From positions 224,001 through 288,000 of the forward strand of contig CAVPOM010000009.1 of the NCBI GenBank assembly GCA_963707025.1: a stretch of DNA of 64,000 nt, in the 5' to 3' direction. This DNA comes from an uncultured Verrucomicrobiae bacterium. GTDB lineage: Bacteria > Verrucomicrobiota > Verrucomicrobiia > Limisphaerales > Palsa-1400. Positions within the stretch are counted from its first letter, which is position 1. Each line of letters opens with the position of its first letter. Under the pieces are notes generated by a model, which saw only the letters and a program-made list of their open reading frames with translations, did not search any database and was not told where the DNA came from. Both the position numbers and the translations under genes were made by a program. Positions 39,723 to 50,270 of this stretch are shown one piece after another.

Positions 39723-40283
39723 ATGAACACGCCGCCGAAACTTTTCAAGGGATTTGGCCAAAAGGCCGCGGCCATCCTTCTGTTCGCCCTGGCGGCAGAA
39801 GCGGGGCCGGCGCCCGCCGGCGATTGGTCCCGCTGGGAACCCCTGGCCAAAGGCGGCGCGGTGGTGGAAATCGCCCGGGATGCCGCCGCGCCCCTGGATG
39901 GGCTGAAGACCAATTCATGGCGGCTGACAGTCAAGAAGACCGGCCATCGGGCCGGCATGGTCAGCGGCGAAACTGGAGAAGCAGCCGTGCGGGCCGGCCA
40001 ATGGTACGATCTGTCGTTTCATGCCTCCACCGAGGCCAACAAGCATTTCGCGCTGACGGTTTCGCTGGAAAGCGCCGACGGCAAAATCGTGGGCGCGCAG
40101 GCCACCCTCCCGGAGGTCGGCCAGATCGGGGGAGCGTGGGCCGAATACCATCTCTCGCTCCAGGCCCGCCAAGCCGTGCCGAAATGCCGGATGGCCATCA
40201 CGATGGCCGAGACCGGGACTATCCGGTTCAGCGGCATCCGGCTTGTTGCCCGCATAAAACCTCAAAGCCACGGCCATGATTAA
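39723..40283 (+). CDS. Secreted carbohydrate-binding (jelly-roll-like) protein
   Basis: Signal peptide; VRAGQWYDLSF, WAEYHLSL; overlaps the GH43 start. Confidence 0.55.
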   Translation: MNTPPKLFKGFGQKAAAILLFALAAEAGPAPAGDWSRWEPLAKGGAVVEIARDAAAPLDGLKTNSWRLTVKKTGHRAGMVSGETGEAAVRAGQWYDLSFHASTEANKHFALTVSLESADGKIVGAQATLPEVGQIGGAWAEYHLSLQARQAVPKCRMAITMAETGTIRFSGIRLVARIKPQSHGHD

Positions 40284-41334
40284 AAAATTCTCCGGTCGCG
40301 CGGGAATCGTTGTCATCGGGATAGTATTGACGTTGTGGCCGCCTCCGGCTGTTTTGCCAGCGCCGGCGCGAACGCCGCCGGCCGCCGCGCCCGGCACCAA
40401 TGCCGGGGTGGCGTCGCCGCTGGCGCCGTTCGTCATCCGGAATGTCACCGTGCATGACCCGTCCACCATCGTGAAATGCAAGGACGAGTTTTGGGTTTTT
40501 TATACCGGACGCGGCGTGCCCTCCTGGCATTCCAAAGACCTGGTGAACTGGGAGCGCGGGCCGGCTGTCTTCACCAATGCGCCGGGCTGGGTGGCGGAGA
40601 ATGTGCCGGCCAACCGCCGGCTGGATTATTGGGCGCCGGACGTGGCCCGGGTGGGGGACCGGTATTTTCTGTATTACTCGGCGTCCAGTTTCGGCAAGAA
40701 CACCTCCGGCATCGGGTTGGCGGCCAATCCCACCCTGGATCCCGCCGACCCGGCCTATCACTGGACCGATGAGGGCCTGGTCATCAAGTCCGGCCCGGAT
40801 GATGATTTCAACACGATTGACCCCGCCATCTTCCAGGATGCCAACGGCAGTCTCTGGCTGTCCTTCGGCTCGTTTTGGAGCGGCATCCGCATGATCGGGC
40901 TGGATCGGGACAGCGGCAAGCGCCTCACGCCGGATCTCCCGGTGCTTTCTCTGGCGCATTACGACTCGATTGAGGCGTCCTACCTTTACCAGCATGGCGG
41001 CTGGCATTATTTATTTGTGGATTGGGGGATGTGCTGCCGGGGGGCGAACAGCACCTACAACATCCGCCTCGGGCGGAGCAAGCAGGTCACCGGGCCCTAT
41101 CTGGACAAGCAGGGAGTGAACATGCTGTTTGGAGGGGGCAGCCTGTTTCTGGACACGACGGGACCGCTGATCGGGCCGGGGCATGCCGGGATAATAGTTG
41201 ACAACGGCACCAACTGGTTCAGTTGCCATTTTGAAGCCAACGGCACGGGGCGGCGCGGATCGGTGCTGGCCATCCTGCCGCTGCATTGGAACGCGGACGG
41301 CTGGCCGGAACTGGACATCAAGGCGGCGAAATAA
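40276..41334 (+). CDS. GH43 endo-1,5-alpha-L-arabinanase-like
   Basis: VHDPS, WAPD, LYYSASSFG, NTIDP, FGSFWSGI, IEAS, GPGH. Confidence 0.9.
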   Translation: MIKKFSGRAGIVVIGIVLTLWPPPAVLPAPARTPPAAAPGTNAGVASPLAPFVIRNVTVHDPSTIVKCKDEFWVFYTGRGVPSWHSKDLVNWERGPAVFTNAPGWVAENVPANRRLDYWAPDVARVGDRYFLYYSASSFGKNTSGIGLAANPTLDPADPAYHWTDEGLVIKSGPDDDFNTIDPAIFQDANGSLWLSFGSFWSGIRMIGLDRDSGKRLTPDLPVLSLAHYDSIEASYLYQHGGWHYLFVDWGMCCRGANSTYNIRLGRSKQVTGPYLDKQGVNMLFGGGSLFLDTTGPLIGPGHAGIIVDNGTNWFSCHFEANGTGRRGSVLAILPLHWNADGWPELDIKAAK

Positions 41335-41341
41335 TCCGGCC

Positions 41342-42805
41342 ATGAATCAGCCCATAGCCGGTTTCAGTTTTCAGCAGGCCGCCCGCAACGCCCTGCTGCG
41401 CGCCGGATTCAAGCCGGATTTTCCCGCGCCCGTCCTGGCGCAGGTGAAGGCCTTGCCCGATGCTCCCCCCGCCCCGTCCCGCCGCGATTTGCGCGATCTG
41501 CCCTGGTCGAGCATTGACAATGCCGACTCGCGCGATCTGGATCAGGTGGAATGGGCCGAACCGCTGCCCAATGGCAGCCTCCGCGTGCTGGTCGGCATCG
41601 CCGATGTGGATGCGCTGGTCCAGACCGGCTCGCCCGCCGATCTCTTTGCCCGGGACAATGCCACCTCGGTTTACACGGGCGGGCCGGTTTTTCCCATGCT
41701 CCCGGAAAGGCTTTCCACCGATCTAACCTCGCTGCGTCAAGATGAAGACCGGGCGGCGCTCATCCTGGAGTTTGTGATGGGGGGCGACGGCGAAGTCAAC
41801 TGCGCGGACGTCTGCACGGCGACGCTGCGCAACAAGGCGCGGTTGAATTACGACCAAGTGGGCCAGTGGTTGGACGGAAAGTCCGGCGCTCCCTGTCAAG
41901 GCGCCGCCCCGGCGGGCCTGTGCGAACAACTGCGCTTGCAGAAGGAGGCCAGCCAGCGCTTGAAACGGTTCCGCAAGGAACACGGCGCCCTCACGCTGGG
42001 CGACGTGGAAAGCGTGCCCATCGTGGTGGACGACCAGGTGCAGCGCTTCGCCATCTTGCAGGAGAATTCGGCCCGCGACATCATCGAAAGTTTTATGATC
42101 GCGGCCAACGTGGCCATGGCGCGGTTTCTGCGCAGTCGCCATTCCCCCTGCCTGCGGCGGGTCGTGCGGACGCCCAAACGCTGGGACCGCATCCAGCAAA
42201 TCGCCGCGCCACTGGGCTTTAGGTTGCCGGCGGAGCCGGACCCGAAGGCGCTGGGTGAATTTCTGGAGCAAAGGCGGCTGGCCGATGCGGTCCATTTTCC
42301 CGAATTGTCGCTGGCCGTTTTGAAATCCCTGGGGCCGGGCGTTTATGTGGTGGAACGGCCGGGCACGGAGCATGAAGGGCATTTCGGACTGGCGCTCAAC
42401 GATTACTCCCATGCCACGGCGCCCAACCGCCGCTACGCGGATTTGGTGATGCAACGGCTGTTGAAGGCCAGCCTCAGCGGAGGCCCGGCTCCATTTACCG
42501 AAGCCCAAATGTCCGCTCTGGCCGATCACTGCACGGACCGCGAATCCGCCGCGCGCAAGGTGGAAAGGTTCATGAAAAAAGTCGCGGCGGCGGCGATGCT
42601 CGCGGCGCAAATCGGCCAGGCCTTTGACGCGATTGTCACCGGCGCCTCGCCGAAGGGAACCTACGCGCGCTTGCTCAGCGTGCCGGCGGAAGGCCGGATC
42701 ATCCGGGGCGAACGCGGCCTGGATGTGGGCGAGAAAACCCGCGTGCGCCTGATCGGCGTCAACGCGGAGCGGGGATTCATTGATTTCGAGCGCATCGCGG
42801 TTTAG
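41342..42805 (+). CDS. RNB-domain exoribonuclease (short RNase II/R-like)
   Basis: SIDNADSRDLDQ, IADV, IESFMIAAN, HFGLA..YSHATAPNRRYADL. Confidence 0.9.
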   Translation: MNQPIAGFSFQQAARNALLRAGFKPDFPAPVLAQVKALPDAPPAPSRRDLRDLPWSSIDNADSRDLDQVEWAEPLPNGSLRVLVGIADVDALVQTGSPADLFARDNATSVYTGGPVFPMLPERLSTDLTSLRQDEDRAALILEFVMGGDGEVNCADVCTATLRNKARLNYDQVGQWLDGKSGAPCQGAAPAGLCEQLRLQKEASQRLKRFRKEHGALTLGDVESVPIVVDDQVQRFAILQENSARDIIESFMIAANVAMARFLRSRHSPCLRRVVRTPKRWDRIQQIAAPLGFRLPAEPDPKALGEFLEQRRLADAVHFPELSLAVLKSLGPGVYVVERPGTEHEGHFGLALNDYSHATAPNRRYADLVMQRLLKASLSGGPAPFTEAQMSALADHCTDRESAARKVERFMKKVAAAAMLAAQIGQAFDAIVTGASPKGTYARLLSVPAEGRIIRGERGLDVGEKTRVRLIGVNAERGFIDFERIAV

Positions 42806-42898
42806 AGCGCTTTAAATAAGGCCGCAGGCGCAGGAGGCAAACCGCTTGATCGCATCCCGGTCAGGCGACATGCCGGCAGTTTTATTGCAAATGCCCTA

Positions 42899-43028
42899 TG
42901 GCGTTTTCAAGAAAACTGTAGCCGCAGTACGCGGTAGGGTCCCGGTTTGCCGGGACTGCCCGCCGCGGCGCGCACGGAGTGCGCGCCCTGCCTCCCTCGT
43001 TTCGGCTGCATCATTTCTTAAACCGCTT
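42899..43028 (+). mobile_element. ~130 bp MITE-like element, copy A
   Basis: Diverged reverse-complement copy of 53080-53210; terminal IRs; TA on both sides. Confidence 0.78.
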
Positions 43029-45142
43029 TAAAAGCGCGCGGTGAGGGCCACGCCCCAGGTTTCCGGATCGCCGGGCTGCAGTATCAAGGAACTGAAGCCG
43101 GAGGCCGCGCCGGAGCCTGCGCCAAAGTTTTGGGCGTTGCTGACGTAATGGCGGTCAAGAACGTTTCGCGCGAACAAGCAGGCTTCAAAATTTTTGGTCT
43201 CGAAGCCGGCCTGCACATTGACCAGTTCATACGAGTCTTGCACGGTTGGCCCGGTCAGAGGCGTGCCGGTGTCGTCCAAATGATAGCGCCCGACGCCGAC
43301 GAGGTCGCCGCGAACATAGGTGTGCCAGGGCAGGTGATAAGTGGCGGACAGGTCGGCCGTGAATTCAGGGACGAAGCTGACCGGCTGCCCGGCGAGTTGC
43401 ACGGGCGCGCCGCTGCTGGTGTCCAGAAAATTCTTGTAGGTGGCGCAGGTGTAGCCGGCCGCGGCGCTCAACTCCAGGGCTTCCATCGGTTTGGCGGTCA
43501 GTTCCAGCTCCGCCCCGTAGCTGACGGCGCGGTGGGCATTGAGCAGGCTGGCGATGAGCGGATCCAGCGGCGAGACCCGGATGACCTGATAGCCCCTGGT
43601 ATCCGTGTAAAACAACGCCGCATGGGTGGTGTATTTATTGTCGTCACACGAGTTCTTCAGGCCCAGTTCGTACTGCCAGGATCGGGCCGGCTGATAGGCA
43701 TTATTGTTGATGAAGGAATTGAACCCGCCGCTCTCATAACCCTGGGCGATGCTGGCGTAGATTTCGGTTTGGGGCGTGAAATGCCAGGCGGCGGCAAACT
43801 TGGGCTGCACGGCGGAGAAGTCCGCCGAAGCTTTGACGGGCGCCGGGCCGCCCAACGGGTTCACCACCGTGCCGCGGATGGAGCGGTCGTCAAAGGTGGC
43901 GCGGAGTCCGGCGGTCAAGTCCAGCTTTTCAATAAGCGTATAGGTGCCCTGGCCGAACCCGGCGTAAGTTTGCCCGTCGGATTCGGTCACGCTGGGCGTG
44001 GCGCCGACATAGCCCGAATCGGCGCGGAGGTCGTTGTCCAGGAAATAGAAGCCGGCCAGCCATTTGAAGGTCTCGGCGCTGTCGGGAGATTTGACATGGA
44101 ACTCCTCGCCCCATTGTTCAATCCGCGGCTGGTTGAAGCCTTCGGCAATGGGCAGGGCGGAAAAATCGAAGTCCTGCAAAAGGTTCTGCTTCCAATCCCG
44201 GTGGGTTGCGACTGAGGAGAAGACGGCGGGGCCGGCGTCGCAGGATATTTTCAGCGCCTGATTGTCGTCGGCGGTGTTGACGAAGCCGTCCACATTGCGA
44301 TTGACGGCGAAGGGGCTGGGGTCGGGCGGGACCGGCGGGACCGGCGGAGCGGCAAAGGTAAAAGCGCCGGGCCGGTAGGTGGGGACAAAGCCGTCATGGA
44401 ACCGTTCACCCGATGCGCTGAAGGCAATCTTCCACGGTTGGCTGGGCGTCCAGAGCAGTTCGGCCCGGCCGCTCAGCGTGTCTTGCCTGTCCGGGTAATC
44501 ATGGAGGAACAGGTTGTGAACGTAACCATCGCGAAAACCGTAAAGGCCGGACAGATTCAAATAGAGCTGGTCCTTGAGGAGCGCGCCCCCCGCGCCGATT
44601 TGATAACTCTCCGCGTTGTAATCGCCAAAACTCAGCGTGCCCGAGCCGTGCCAGTCATTGCCGGGCTGCCGGGTGGTGATGCTCATGACCCCGCCCATGC
44701 CGCTGGCGCCGTAAAGCGTTCCCTGCTCGCCGCGCGCGAACTCAATGCCGGCCACGTCGTAAAGCGGAATGTCGCGCGAATTGAGATCGAAATACGGCAC
44801 ATCGTCCACGTACATGCCCAGGACCGGTTCGCCCACCCCGAAACTGTTCTCGCGCAAGCCGCGGATGGAGAACTTGGGCGTGCGTGCGTCATTGGCGCCG
44901 AACACCGTCAGATTGGGCTGCCGGGCCGTCAGGTCCCGCACGGAGGTGATTTCGCCGGGGCGCACTTCATCGCCGGAAACCAGGGTGGTGGCGCTGCTGT
45001 CGGCCTGGGCAATGGGGGCCACCGAGACGCCTTCGACGGTGACGGGCGGCAATTGGCGGGTCTCGTTGCTGGGCTGGGCCGCGAGGGACCAGAGGCCGAG
45101 ATGAAGCGCGCCGGCCAGGGCGGCGGTCTTGAGATATTTCAT
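43028..45142 (-). CDS. TonB-dependent outer membrane receptor
   Basis: Signal peptide, PVTVEG TonB box, plug (SIRG, YVDDVP, RGEQGTLYG), terminal Phe. Confidence 0.92.
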   Translation of the reverse strand: MKYLKTAALAGALHLGLWSLAAQPSNETRQLPPVTVEGVSVAPIAQADSSATTLVSGDEVRPGEITSVRDLTARQPNLTVFGANDARTPKFSIRGLRENSFGVGEPVLGMYVDDVPYFDLNSRDIPLYDVAGIEFARGEQGTLYGASGMGGVMSITTRQPGNDWHGSGTLSFGDYNAESYQIGAGGALLKDQLYLNLSGLYGFRDGYVHNLFLHDYPDRQDTLSGRAELLWTPSQPWKIAFSASGERFHDGFVPTYRPGAFTFAAPPVPPVPPDPSPFAVNRNVDGFVNTADDNQALKISCDAGPAVFSSVATHRDWKQNLLQDFDFSALPIAEGFNQPRIEQWGEEFHVKSPDSAETFKWLAGFYFLDNDLRADSGYVGATPSVTESDGQTYAGFGQGTYTLIEKLDLTAGLRATFDDRSIRGTVVNPLGGPAPVKASADFSAVQPKFAAAWHFTPQTEIYASIAQGYESGGFNSFINNNAYQPARSWQYELGLKNSCDDNKYTTHAALFYTDTRGYQVIRVSPLDPLIASLLNAHRAVSYGAELELTAKPMEALELSAAAGYTCATYKNFLDTSSGAPVQLAGQPVSFVPEFTADLSATYHLPWHTYVRGDLVGVGRYHLDDTGTPLTGPTVQDSYELVNVQAGFETKNFEACLFARNVLDRHYVSNAQNFGAGSGAASGFSSLILQPGDPETWGVALTARF

Positions 45143-45284
45143 GTTATTGACATGTCCTGCTTGAAACGCGCGCGGATAAAACCAGTCTGGCGCAGAAATT
45201 GCAATGAATTTTTGGCGGTCTGGCTTGCTTTGCCTTGGTTGGGTTTCAGCAAAATGGAGTGGTGCAGTGCTGGAGTGGTGGAAG

Positions 45285-45313
45285 TGCAGAAGGCAGAATG
45301 CAAAATGCAAAAT
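45285..45313. repeat. Heptamer tandem repeat (TGCAGAA/TGCAAAA), 4 units
   Basis: tgcagaa ggcagaa tgcaaaa tgcaaaa; the reverse complement occurs at 59863-59892. Confidence 0.6.
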
Positions 45314-45593
45314 GGGAGTCATCCGCGAATTTGACCGTTTTGACCAGAGGTGCGGTTGTGGGGTTGGAGCCCTCTGGGGCGGGAAGTCAAAACCGGTGAA
45401 TTACGTGAAACTGGCTGAAACCAGGTGAAGAAAGGTGAAAATTTGTGGTGGCGCTTCCTTCGCCAGGCGTGCGCCGCAGGCACAACGCTACACGCGGGGA
45501 CGGGCGCGCGCTCCCCGGAAGGATGGAAAATCGGCTGAGTGCTTTTTGATTTTTCGGCTTGCGCGGGGGGAGGGAGCGGGCCATTGATGCTGG

Positions 45594-47921
45594 ATGCAAA
45601 CGAATATCGGCCAGCGCCCACTCCTCCGGCCTCTTGCCGCGGCCCTGTTTCTCCTCCCGGCCTGCGCCACCGTTTGGGCCGGGGGCGGCCGGCCGGTGGA
45701 TTATGCCAACCCGCTGGTCGGGACCGCGCCCCTGGACGATCCGCGGTTGATCGGCAACGCGCCGCCGCCCGGCGAGGAAGTTTACACCGGCTTCACCTCG
45801 CCCGGCCCCTGCCTGCCGCACGGCAACGTCAATCTCAGCCCTGTCAACAAAGACCTGGACGCGGCGGCCGGCAACCACGGCATCATCTATCCCTACACCT
45901 GGCCGCGCCGGACGATGGTGGGGTTTTCCAGCATGGTGCCGGGCATGATGCTGATGCCGCTGGTGGGCAATTGGACGGTGCCGCCGGACCGCAGCTATGC
46001 GTCCGTTTACAGCAAAGCCGGCGAAAAAGCGTCGCCCGGCTATTACACGGTCTATTTTCCCGATCACAAGGTGAAGGTGGAGTTGACCACGACCAGCCGC
46101 ACGGCGCTTTACCGGTTCACGTTTCCAAAAACAGACCGGTCTGTCGTTCTTCTTGACCTTGGCCCTGGCGGAGGAAACGTGGAGATTGCGGGCGACCGCA
46201 CCGTGCGCGGCCGGGCCTCGGGCGGCGGCAGGCGCGGCGGGGGCGGCGGGCCGTTTTTCGTGGCGGAGTTTTCCAAACCGTTTGCCGCCTTTGGCACTTT
46301 CAAACAGAATGTTCCCTCGGTGGCCAACGGACGGGTCCGGCGGGACGACGTGACCACGCCGGATGCGCGCACGGAGTCGGGCAGCTACGCCGGCAGCTAT
46401 CTCAACTTCACCACGGCCGAAAACGAAGCGGTCCTGGTCAAAGTCGCCTCCGCCGCCAGTCTGGAGGACGCCCAGGCCCTGCTGGCGGCGGAAGATCCCG
46501 GCTGGGACTTCGCGGGCGTCAAGCAAAAGGCTGAACAGGCCTGGAGCGAAAAGCTAGGCACGATAGAAGTCAAGGGCGGCACGGAGCAGGAACGGATGCT
46601 CTTCTACTCCACGCTCTATCATTCCTTCGCCAGTCCGCGCCTGCTCGCGCAAAAGGGCCGGCCTTTCCGCGGGCTGGACGGCCAGACGCGCACGGGCGAC
46701 TATGACCGCTACAGCGTGGTCCCCTTTTGGGACACGGGCCGCGACCAGATCGTATTGTTGACGCTCATTGAACCGGATTTGAAGCCGGACATTCTGCGCT
46801 CCCATCTGGAGATGGCGCGGGAAACCGGGTATATGCAGACCTCGTTTCACGGCGACAACGCCGTCTGGATGTACCTGGGGGATTGGGAGCGGGGCATCCC
46901 GTTCGATTACGCCGCCGTCTATGAATATCTTCGCAAAAACGCCATGGACCCGGCCGGACCGCGCCGGAATCTGGCGGAGTATTTGCAGAAGGGATGGGTC
47001 CATGACATCGTGGTGGAGCACCCCAGCCCGCCCTACGCCGGCGGCAACGCGGGCGTGGCCAAGACCCTGGAATACAGTTGGGACGACTACGCCATGGCGC
47101 TCTACGCGCAGAAGCTGGGCAAGGATGACGACTACCGGATGTTCCTGGCCCGCGCCCACAACTATACCAATGTCTTCGATGCCTCCACCGGCTTCATGCG
47201 CGGGCGCAACGAGGACGGTTCGTGGATTTCGCCCTTTGATCCTTTCGAGCCTTACTACAATTTCATGATGAAAGAGGCGTCGGGCTGGCAGACCCTTTGG
47301 CTGGTGCCGCACGATGTGCAGGGATTGGCGGATCTGCTGGGCGGCCGCGACGCCTTTGTCAAGAAGCTGGACGATTTCTTTACCCTGCCCTATCACCCCG
47401 CCGGCATCGCCCGCGACGTGACGGGGATGATCGGGCAGTATTGCCAGGGCAACCAACCCGATCAGCAAAGCGCCTACTACTATGATTATGCCGGACAACC
47501 GTGGAAGACCCAGGAATTGGTCCGCCGAATTCTGCGCCTGATGTATGGCAGCGACAAAAGCGGCTACGCCTTTCCGGGCATGGACGACCAGGGCTCAACC
47601 TCGTCGTGGTACGTCCTGAGCGCGCTGGGTTTTTATACCGTCAATCCCGCGCGTCCGGAATACCTCATCGGCAGTCCGGTCTTCGACCAGGCCACCATTC
47701 ACCTGGGCGGCGGCAAGGATTTGGTGATCGTGGCCAGGAATAATTCCGCCAGGAACATCTACATCCAGTCGGCCACGCTCAACGGCCAGCCGTGGCCCAA
47801 ACCGTGGTTCAGCCATGCCGACATCGCCGGGGGCGGCCGGTTGGTTTTCAAGATGGGCTCTGCCCCCAACAAAACCTGGGGCAGCGCGCCCGCAGACGCC
47901 CCGCCCTCCATGTCCCGCTGA
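45594..47921 (+). CDS. GH92 alpha-mannosidase family protein
   Basis: YANPLVGT, ASPGYY, WDT, KTLEYSWDDY, YCQGNQP, PGMDDQGSTSSW. Confidence 0.9.
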   Translation: MQTNIGQRPLLRPLAAALFLLPACATVWAGGGRPVDYANPLVGTAPLDDPRLIGNAPPPGEEVYTGFTSPGPCLPHGNVNLSPVNKDLDAAAGNHGIIYPYTWPRRTMVGFSSMVPGMMLMPLVGNWTVPPDRSYASVYSKAGEKASPGYYTVYFPDHKVKVELTTTSRTALYRFTFPKTDRSVVLLDLGPGGGNVEIAGDRTVRGRASGGGRRGGGGGPFFVAEFSKPFAAFGTFKQNVPSVANGRVRRDDVTTPDARTESGSYAGSYLNFTTAENEAVLVKVASAASLEDAQALLAAEDPGWDFAGVKQKAEQAWSEKLGTIEVKGGTEQERMLFYSTLYHSFASPRLLAQKGRPFRGLDGQTRTGDYDRYSVVPFWDTGRDQIVLLTLIEPDLKPDILRSHLEMARETGYMQTSFHGDNAVWMYLGDWERGIPFDYAAVYEYLRKNAMDPAGPRRNLAEYLQKGWVHDIVVEHPSPPYAGGNAGVAKTLEYSWDDYAMALYAQKLGKDDDYRMFLARAHNYTNVFDASTGFMRGRNEDGSWISPFDPFEPYYNFMMKEASGWQTLWLVPHDVQGLADLLGGRDAFVKKLDDFFTLPYHPAGIARDVTGMIGQYCQGNQPDQQSAYYYDYAGQPWKTQELVRRILRLMYGSDKSGYAFPGMDDQGSTSSWYVLSALGFYTVNPARPEYLIGSPVFDQATIHLGGGKDLVIVARNNSARNIYIQSATLNGQPWPKPWFSHADIAGGGRLVFKMGSAPNKTWGSAPADAPPSMSR

Positions 47922-47929
47922 GCCAGGAA

Positions 47930-48583
47930 TTATGCCTGGCCGGGCTTTGGGGCTTTGTTCAAATGAGGCGCGACCGCGGCCCAAATCTCGCCGGCGACAA
48001 CTTCGGCGGGCGCGGTGGCGTCCAGACGGCGGATGCGCCCGGGTTGCGCGGCGGCGATGGCTTCATAACCCTTTTCCACACGCTCAAAAAAAGCGCGGCC
48101 CGCCTCCTCCATCCGGTCGCGTTCCGCCGGGCGGGCGCGGCGGCGGGCCTCGCTCACGGCCACGGGCACCATGAGCAGCAGGGTCAAGTCGGGCCGCGTG
48201 CGGCCGACGGCGAAGGCGAGGATGCGCTGGACCTGTTTGAAATCCAGCCCGCGGCCATGTGCCTGGTAGGCCAGGGTGGAATCGGAAAAACGGTCGCACA
48301 GCACGATCTCGCCCGCGGCCAGCGCGGGGCGGATGACTTCGCGCACCAGTTGGGCGCGGCTGGCGTTGAGCAGGAGCAACTCGGCTTCGGGCGTCATCCC
48401 GCGGTTGGCTTGGCTGTGCTGCAAGGTGTGGCGGATTTCTTCGCCGATGGGCGTGCCGCCGGGTTCGCGCAAGGTGCGCACGGTGTGGCCCAGGTCGCGC
48501 AAGCGCCGGGCCAAGGCGGTGATTTGCGTGGTTTTGCCGCTGCCCTCGGTTCCTTCAAACGTGATGAATAGACCTTTTTTCAT
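47930..48583 (-). CDS. tmk: Thymidylate kinase
   Basis: FITFEGTEGSGKTT, REPGGT, CDRFSDST.AYQ. Confidence 0.96.
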   Translation of the reverse strand: MKKGLFITFEGTEGSGKTTQITALARRLRDLGHTVRTLREPGGTPIGEEIRHTLQHSQANRGMTPEAELLLLNASRAQLVREVIRPALAAGEIVLCDRFSDSTLAYQAHGRGLDFKQVQRILAFAVGRTRPDLTLLLMVPVAVSEARRRARPAERDRMEEAGRAFFERVEKGYEAIAAAQPGRIRRLDATAPAEVVAGEIWAAVAPHLNKAPKPGQA

Positions 48584-48584
48584 G

Positions 48585-50015
48585 CTACAATCGCTTCAAG
48601 CGGGGGCCTTTGGGAGTGTCCTCGATGGCCCAGCCTTTGGCTTTCAATTCGTCGCGGATGGCGTCGGAGCGTTTGAAATCCTTGGCCTTGCGGGCCGCCT
48701 CGCGATCGTCAAGGAACTTCTGTAACGCTTCGTCCAATGCTTTTCCCATCTCCCTTTCTTGTTTTGTATAAAGGCCCAGGACCTGGTTAATTTGACCCCA
48801 GACAACAAGAAGCGTGTTGGCCCGGGCCGCGCTGATGCGGTTTTCCGCCAGTTGTTTATTGGTTTCTCGTACCCACTCGAAGATGGCCCCCCAGGCCGCC
48901 GCCACATTAAGATCGTCGTCCATTGCCTCAACAAACTTTCGCAGCACCTCCGGTTCGGAGGGCGCTCTCTCCGAGCCTGATCCAATTTCAGCCAACTTGC
49001 CCAGGCATTCCTCAATCCGCCCCAGCGCGGCGCGCGCGCTCTGCAAGCCTTCCAGCGTGAAATTGAAGGACTCGCGATAGTGCGCTGTCAATAATAAGTA
49101 GCGGACTTCCCGCCCGGTGTACCCCTTGGCCAGCAGATCGCGCAGGGTGAAATAATTGCCGAGGGACTTGCTCATTTTTTTGCCTTCCACCAGCAGATGG
49201 GCGCCGTGCAGCCAATACTTGACAAATGGCTCCCCCGCCGCCTGCCCGCCCGCCCCTTCGCTCTGGGCGATTTCGTCCTCGTGATGGGGAAAGATGAGGT
49301 CTTCGCCGCCCAGGTGAAGATCGAAGCTGGGGCCGAGGGATTTCATGCTCATGGCGCTGCATTCGATGTGCCAGCCGGGCCGGCCTTCGCCCCACGGGCT
49401 GGGCCAGAAGACCGCCCCGTCCTCGGGCAGGCGCCCTTTCCACAGGGCGAAATCGGCCACCGCTTCCTTGGCGTATTCATCGCTGCTGACCCGCTGGCCG
49501 GGGCGCATTTCCTCGAAGTTCAACTTGAGCAGCCGGCCATAATGGCCGCCGCAGCCACGGTATTTTTCGATGCTGAAATAGACCGAGCCGTCCGCCGCCC
49601 GATAAGCCAGGCCGCGCCCCACCAGCTTTTCAATCAGGGCAATAATGTCGGCGATATGTTCGCTGGCGCGGGGGGTGTCGTGGGGAGGAAGGCAGTTGAG
49701 CGCCTGGAAATCCTCGAAGAAGGCCGCCTCGAATGGGGCGGTGTAGCCGCGCAAAGACGTGTTGTTTTCGCGGACGCGCCGGATGATTTTGTCCTCCACG
49801 TCGGTGATGTTCATGACGTGCCGGACTTTGTACCCCTTGAATTCCAGGCAGCGCCGCACCAGATCGGCAAAAACGAAGGTGCGGAAATTGCCGACGTGGG
49901 CGAAGTCATGCACCGTGGGGCCGCAGCAATAGAGGCCGGCGGACTGGCCGGAGGGATCACGCGGGACAAATTCCTGGACCGAGCGCGACAGCGTATTAAA
50001 GAATTTCAATGCCAT
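48585..50015 (-). CDS. cysS: Cysteine-tRNA ligase
   Basis: CGPTV..AHVGN, GRPGWHIECS, FPHHEDE, KMSKS. Confidence 0.97.
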   Translation of the reverse strand: MALKFFNTLSRSVQEFVPRDPSGQSAGLYCCGPTVHDFAHVGNFRTFVFADLVRRCLEFKGYKVRHVMNITDVEDKIIRRVRENNTSLRGYTAPFEAAFFEDFQALNCLPPHDTPRASEHIADIIALIEKLVGRGLAYRAADGSVYFSIEKYRGCGGHYGRLLKLNFEEMRPGQRVSSDEYAKEAVADFALWKGRLPEDGAVFWPSPWGEGRPGWHIECSAMSMKSLGPSFDLHLGGEDLIFPHHEDEIAQSEGAGGQAAGEPFVKYWLHGAHLLVEGKKMSKSLGNYFTLRDLLAKGYTGREVRYLLLTAHYRESFNFTLEGLQSARAALGRIEECLGKLAEIGSGSERAPSEPEVLRKFVEAMDDDLNVAAAWGAIFEWVRETNKQLAENRISAARANTLLVVWGQINQVLGLYTKQEREMGKALDEALQKFLDDREAARKAKDFKRSDAIRDELKAKGWAIEDTPKGPRLKRL

Positions 50016-50270
50016 GCCGGGGCGAGTCTAGGGTTGGGAGGGGAAAAGGGGAAAGGGAAAATGGCGGGAAGGTGCATTTCGCTTTTTCTGGCAAGGACCG
50101 TCGGCCAAGTAAAGAGTTTAATCGTTTGAATCGCCTAAACCCTGCCCGGGTCAGAGAAGCGCCAGAACAAGTGAAATGCGCCCCCTCGGGGCCTGCAATT
50201 TCCTTGAAAGAAAAGCTGGACGAATTGGGAAAAATGGTGCAAATTCTGGCTGAGAAGAAATAAAGCCGTT

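Noticed and set aside
45143..45590. Riboswitch upstream of the TonB receptor
   Set aside because: No recognisable cobalamin or TPP core motifs; only short repeats
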